Virus record (IMG/VR): IMGVR_UViG_3300009609_000022
Location: 1-6,165 of that record
Length of the DNA: 6,165 bases
Source: a virus
Strand: one strand, 5' to 3'
The notes below the pieces were generated by a model. It was not told the DNA's origin. It was given only the letters and a program-made list of their open reading frames with translations, and did no database searches. Made by a program: the position numbers and the translations under genes. Each line of letters opens with the position of its first letter. Position 1 is the first letter of the stretch. Of this stretch, positions 4,720 through 6,165 are shown in pieces.

Positions 4720-4799
4720 TGGAGTTCGACGCTTATTTTCTGATCGGCTTCGGCGGCACGATTCTCGTTCTTTGGGCGGCGGCGGGCTGGTGGTCATGA
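4719..4799 (+). CDS. 26-aa hydrophobic micro-protein (pVII/pIX-like minor coat candidate).
   Basis: MEFDAYFLIGFGGTILVLWAAAGWWS. It is too short for the ORF track. It is translationally coupled at both ends: ATG overlaps the upstream TGA at 4717-4721, and its TGA overlaps the next ATG at 4796-4799. It sits immediately before the pIII-like gene. Confidence 0.55.
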   Translation: MEFDAYFLIGFGGTILVLWAAAGWWS

Positions 4800-6165
4800 A
4801 AAAAGCTTGCCAGGATTCGCCAGGAGCGCGCCGCGGTCGGTCGTTGATGCCGTGGTATGTCGGTTTTTTCGAGTGGGCGAGTCTCGCGTTTCTTTTCGGG
4901 CTCCTGGTCGCGCCGTCGATTTCGTTCGCCACCTTTCCGGCGAGCTCGCCGCCGTCGCCGATTAATCGCAGCACGAACGGCGTTTACTCGTATACGTGGA
5001 ACCCGTGGGCGGGGTGCTCTGCAAGTGGGACGAAAAGCTCTGTCGGTGAAGTTCGGGCATTGACACAGGCATGCGCGAATGCCAACGGTGAGTTCGGCGG
5101 GCAGACGGGCACAGTGAATCCTCATACTTCGACGCAGTTTGTCGAGATTTATTTCGAGAATACGAATCGCCAGGTGAACATTACTTCACCCTGGGCGGCG
5201 TGTCCTGCGGGCTACACCGTGACCGGCACTGGCGCGAATTACGCCACGTGCACGGCTAACGCGGGCTCGCTCACGTGTCCTTCTAATGCAACCCTTAGCG
5301 GAAGTGATTGCAATTGCAATGCGAATTTTGTGCAGCAAGGGGCCGGCGCGGGAGCTACGTGCCAGGCGCAGTCGAGCTACTGCCAGGACTTGTCGACGAC
5401 GGGAACGGGCAAGACGACCATCACCACGTTCGTGGGCTATGACACGAATGGCGACGGCCTGGCTGATGTGTCGAGCGGCATCGGCTTCGGATCGCGCAAC
5501 GCGAACGGCTGCAAGGCGATTCTCGCGTTGATGGACCCTCAAAATTGCTTCAGCTACGACGACGCGCCCACGAAAATCTATTGCACTTCGACGTTCAGCT
5601 ACACGGGTGACGTTGCCACCGGTGGCGATCCGGGGCCTGATACGCCGAACGGATCGAATCCATGCCCGACTGGTCAGGGGCTCGCCCAGGTCAACGGGAT
5701 TTCCCGTTGTCTGCCCACTGGGGGGCCGCCCACGATTGCGCCCGCTCCCGCGACTACTCAGCAGACCACCGGCACCGTCACGAATGGCGACGGTTCCACG
5801 ACGACGACGACGACGACCACGAACGGCACGACGACGACCACGCAGACCACGAATTGCAACGCCGACAAAACTCTGTGCACCACGTCTACGACGTCTACGC
5901 AAAGCGGCGCGTCTACCGGGCAGGCGGGGAACAGCGACCAGGCGCAGTTCTGCCGAGACAATCCCACGGCTGCGATGTGCAAGCCGGTCAACGATTTTTG
6001 CGCTCAACCGGAGAATGCGGGCAAGGTGCAATGTCTTGACCAGGGCGAATGGGCCACAGCAGAAAACTTCGCCACCCAGGAGCGCGGCACCGGGAGCATT
6101 ACTCCGGTCTCGATGGGCGGGGGCGGGTCATGTCCCGCAGACATTCCGCTTCCGAAGGGGCTCAC
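4796..6165 (+). CDS. pIII-like adsorption / minor coat protein, 5' portion. The gene continues through the circular junction to 235, for 493 aa in total.
   Basis: I translated codon by codon from ATG 4796 (alternative in-frame ATG at 4847) and found no stop before the window end. Signal peptide ...WASLAFLFGLLVAPSISFA. The ectodomain is Cys-rich (about 20 Cys). A Thr/Gly-rich linker reads GSTTTTTTTNGTTTTTQTTN...CTTTSTTSTQ. The C-terminal anchor is in 2-235. It is absent from the ORF track because it runs off the end. Confidence 0.85.
   Translation, partial: MKKACQDSPGARRGRSLMPWYVGFFEWASLAFLFGLLVAPSISFATFPASSPPSPINRSTNGVYSYTWNPWAGCSASGTKSSVGEVRALTQACANANGEFGGQTGTVNPHTSTQFVEIYFENTNRQVNITSPWAACPAGYTVTGTGANYATCTANAGSLTCPSNATLSGSDCNCNANFVQQGAGAGATCQAQSSYCQDLSTTGTGKTTITTFVGYDTNGDGLADVSSGIGFGSRNANGCKAILALMDPQNCFSYDDAPTKIYCTSTFSYTGDVATGGDPGPDTPNGSNPCPTGQGLAQVNGISRCLPTGGPPTIAPAPATTQQTTGTVTNGDGSTTTTTTTTNGTTTTTQTTNCNADKTLCTTSTTSTQSGASTGQAGNSDQAQFCRDNPTAAMCKPVNDFCAQPENAGKVQCLDQGEWATAENFATQERGTGSITPVSMGGGGSCPADIPLPKGL
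5798..5848 (+). repeat. Threonine-codon microsatellite-like tract: (ACG)5 ACC ACG AAC GGC (ACG)3 ACC ACG CAG ACC ACG.
   Basis: Read directly from the sequence. It is in frame with the pIII-like gene and encodes TTTTTTTNGTTTTTQTT. Confidence 0.9.
6043..6165. repeat. Terminal direct repeat, copy 2 (identical to 1-123).
   Basis: Same evidence as copy 1. Confidence 0.95.

Noticed and set aside
4321-6031. Minus-strand ORFs 4321-4974 (217 aa), 4733-5125 (130 aa) and 5186-6031 (281 aa).
   Set aside because: They are Arg-rich antisense shadows of the 118-aa gene and the pIII-like gene. The 281-aa ORF looks prominent only because the real plus-strand gene is missing from the track (it runs off the window end).
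5662-6039. Striking poly-Asp/His ORF (plus strand, 125 aa) and poly-Val ORF (5758-5991, minus strand).
   Set aside because: Both are alternative-frame or antisense readings of the (ACG)n threonine tract within the pIII-like gene. They are not independent genes.
1-6165. CRISPR arrays, tRNA/rRNA genes, integrase, transposase, secretin and classic defence-system genes.
   Set aside because: There are no regularly spaced repeats, no cloverleaf-like segments, and no unassigned ORF large enough after the inovirus core genes are placed. Absence is by inspection only and was not confirmed with HMM or covariance-model searches.

Overview
The window is a complete, circularly permuted genome of a small filamentous ssDNA phage (inovirus-like). 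Bases 1-123 are repeated exactly at 6043-6165, so the unit length is 6042 bp and the window closes on itself. The composition is high-GC by eye.

The plus strand carries a canonical inovirus core, in this order:
- a possible 87-aa leader ORF
- a gpII/CRI-type rolling-circle Rep
- a 98-aa gpV-position ssDNA-binding protein
- a 67-aa major coat precursor
- a 118-aa membrane-anchored coat-tail paralogue
- a 26-aa hydrophobic micro-ORF
- a 493-aa Cys-rich pIII-like adsorption protein; it crosses the window ends and is therefore missing from the ORF track
- a pVI-like membrane protein
- a Zot/pI assembly ATPase

The minus strand carries a two-gene module, a Cro/CI-type HTH regulator followed by a 72-aa basic ORF. 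It diverges from the rep operon across a 103-bp control region dense with repeats and palindromes.

No integrase, transposase or secretin is encoded. The most interesting signal is a dif-like site at 2068-2095. It has a perfect TGTATA central region and a 10/11 XerD arm but essentially no XerC arm, and it lies inside the C-terminal extension of the regulator gene. This suggests Xer-dependent integration that would remodel the regulator and detach its downstream partner ORF.

All functional calls come from reading motifs and gene order. No database search was possible.
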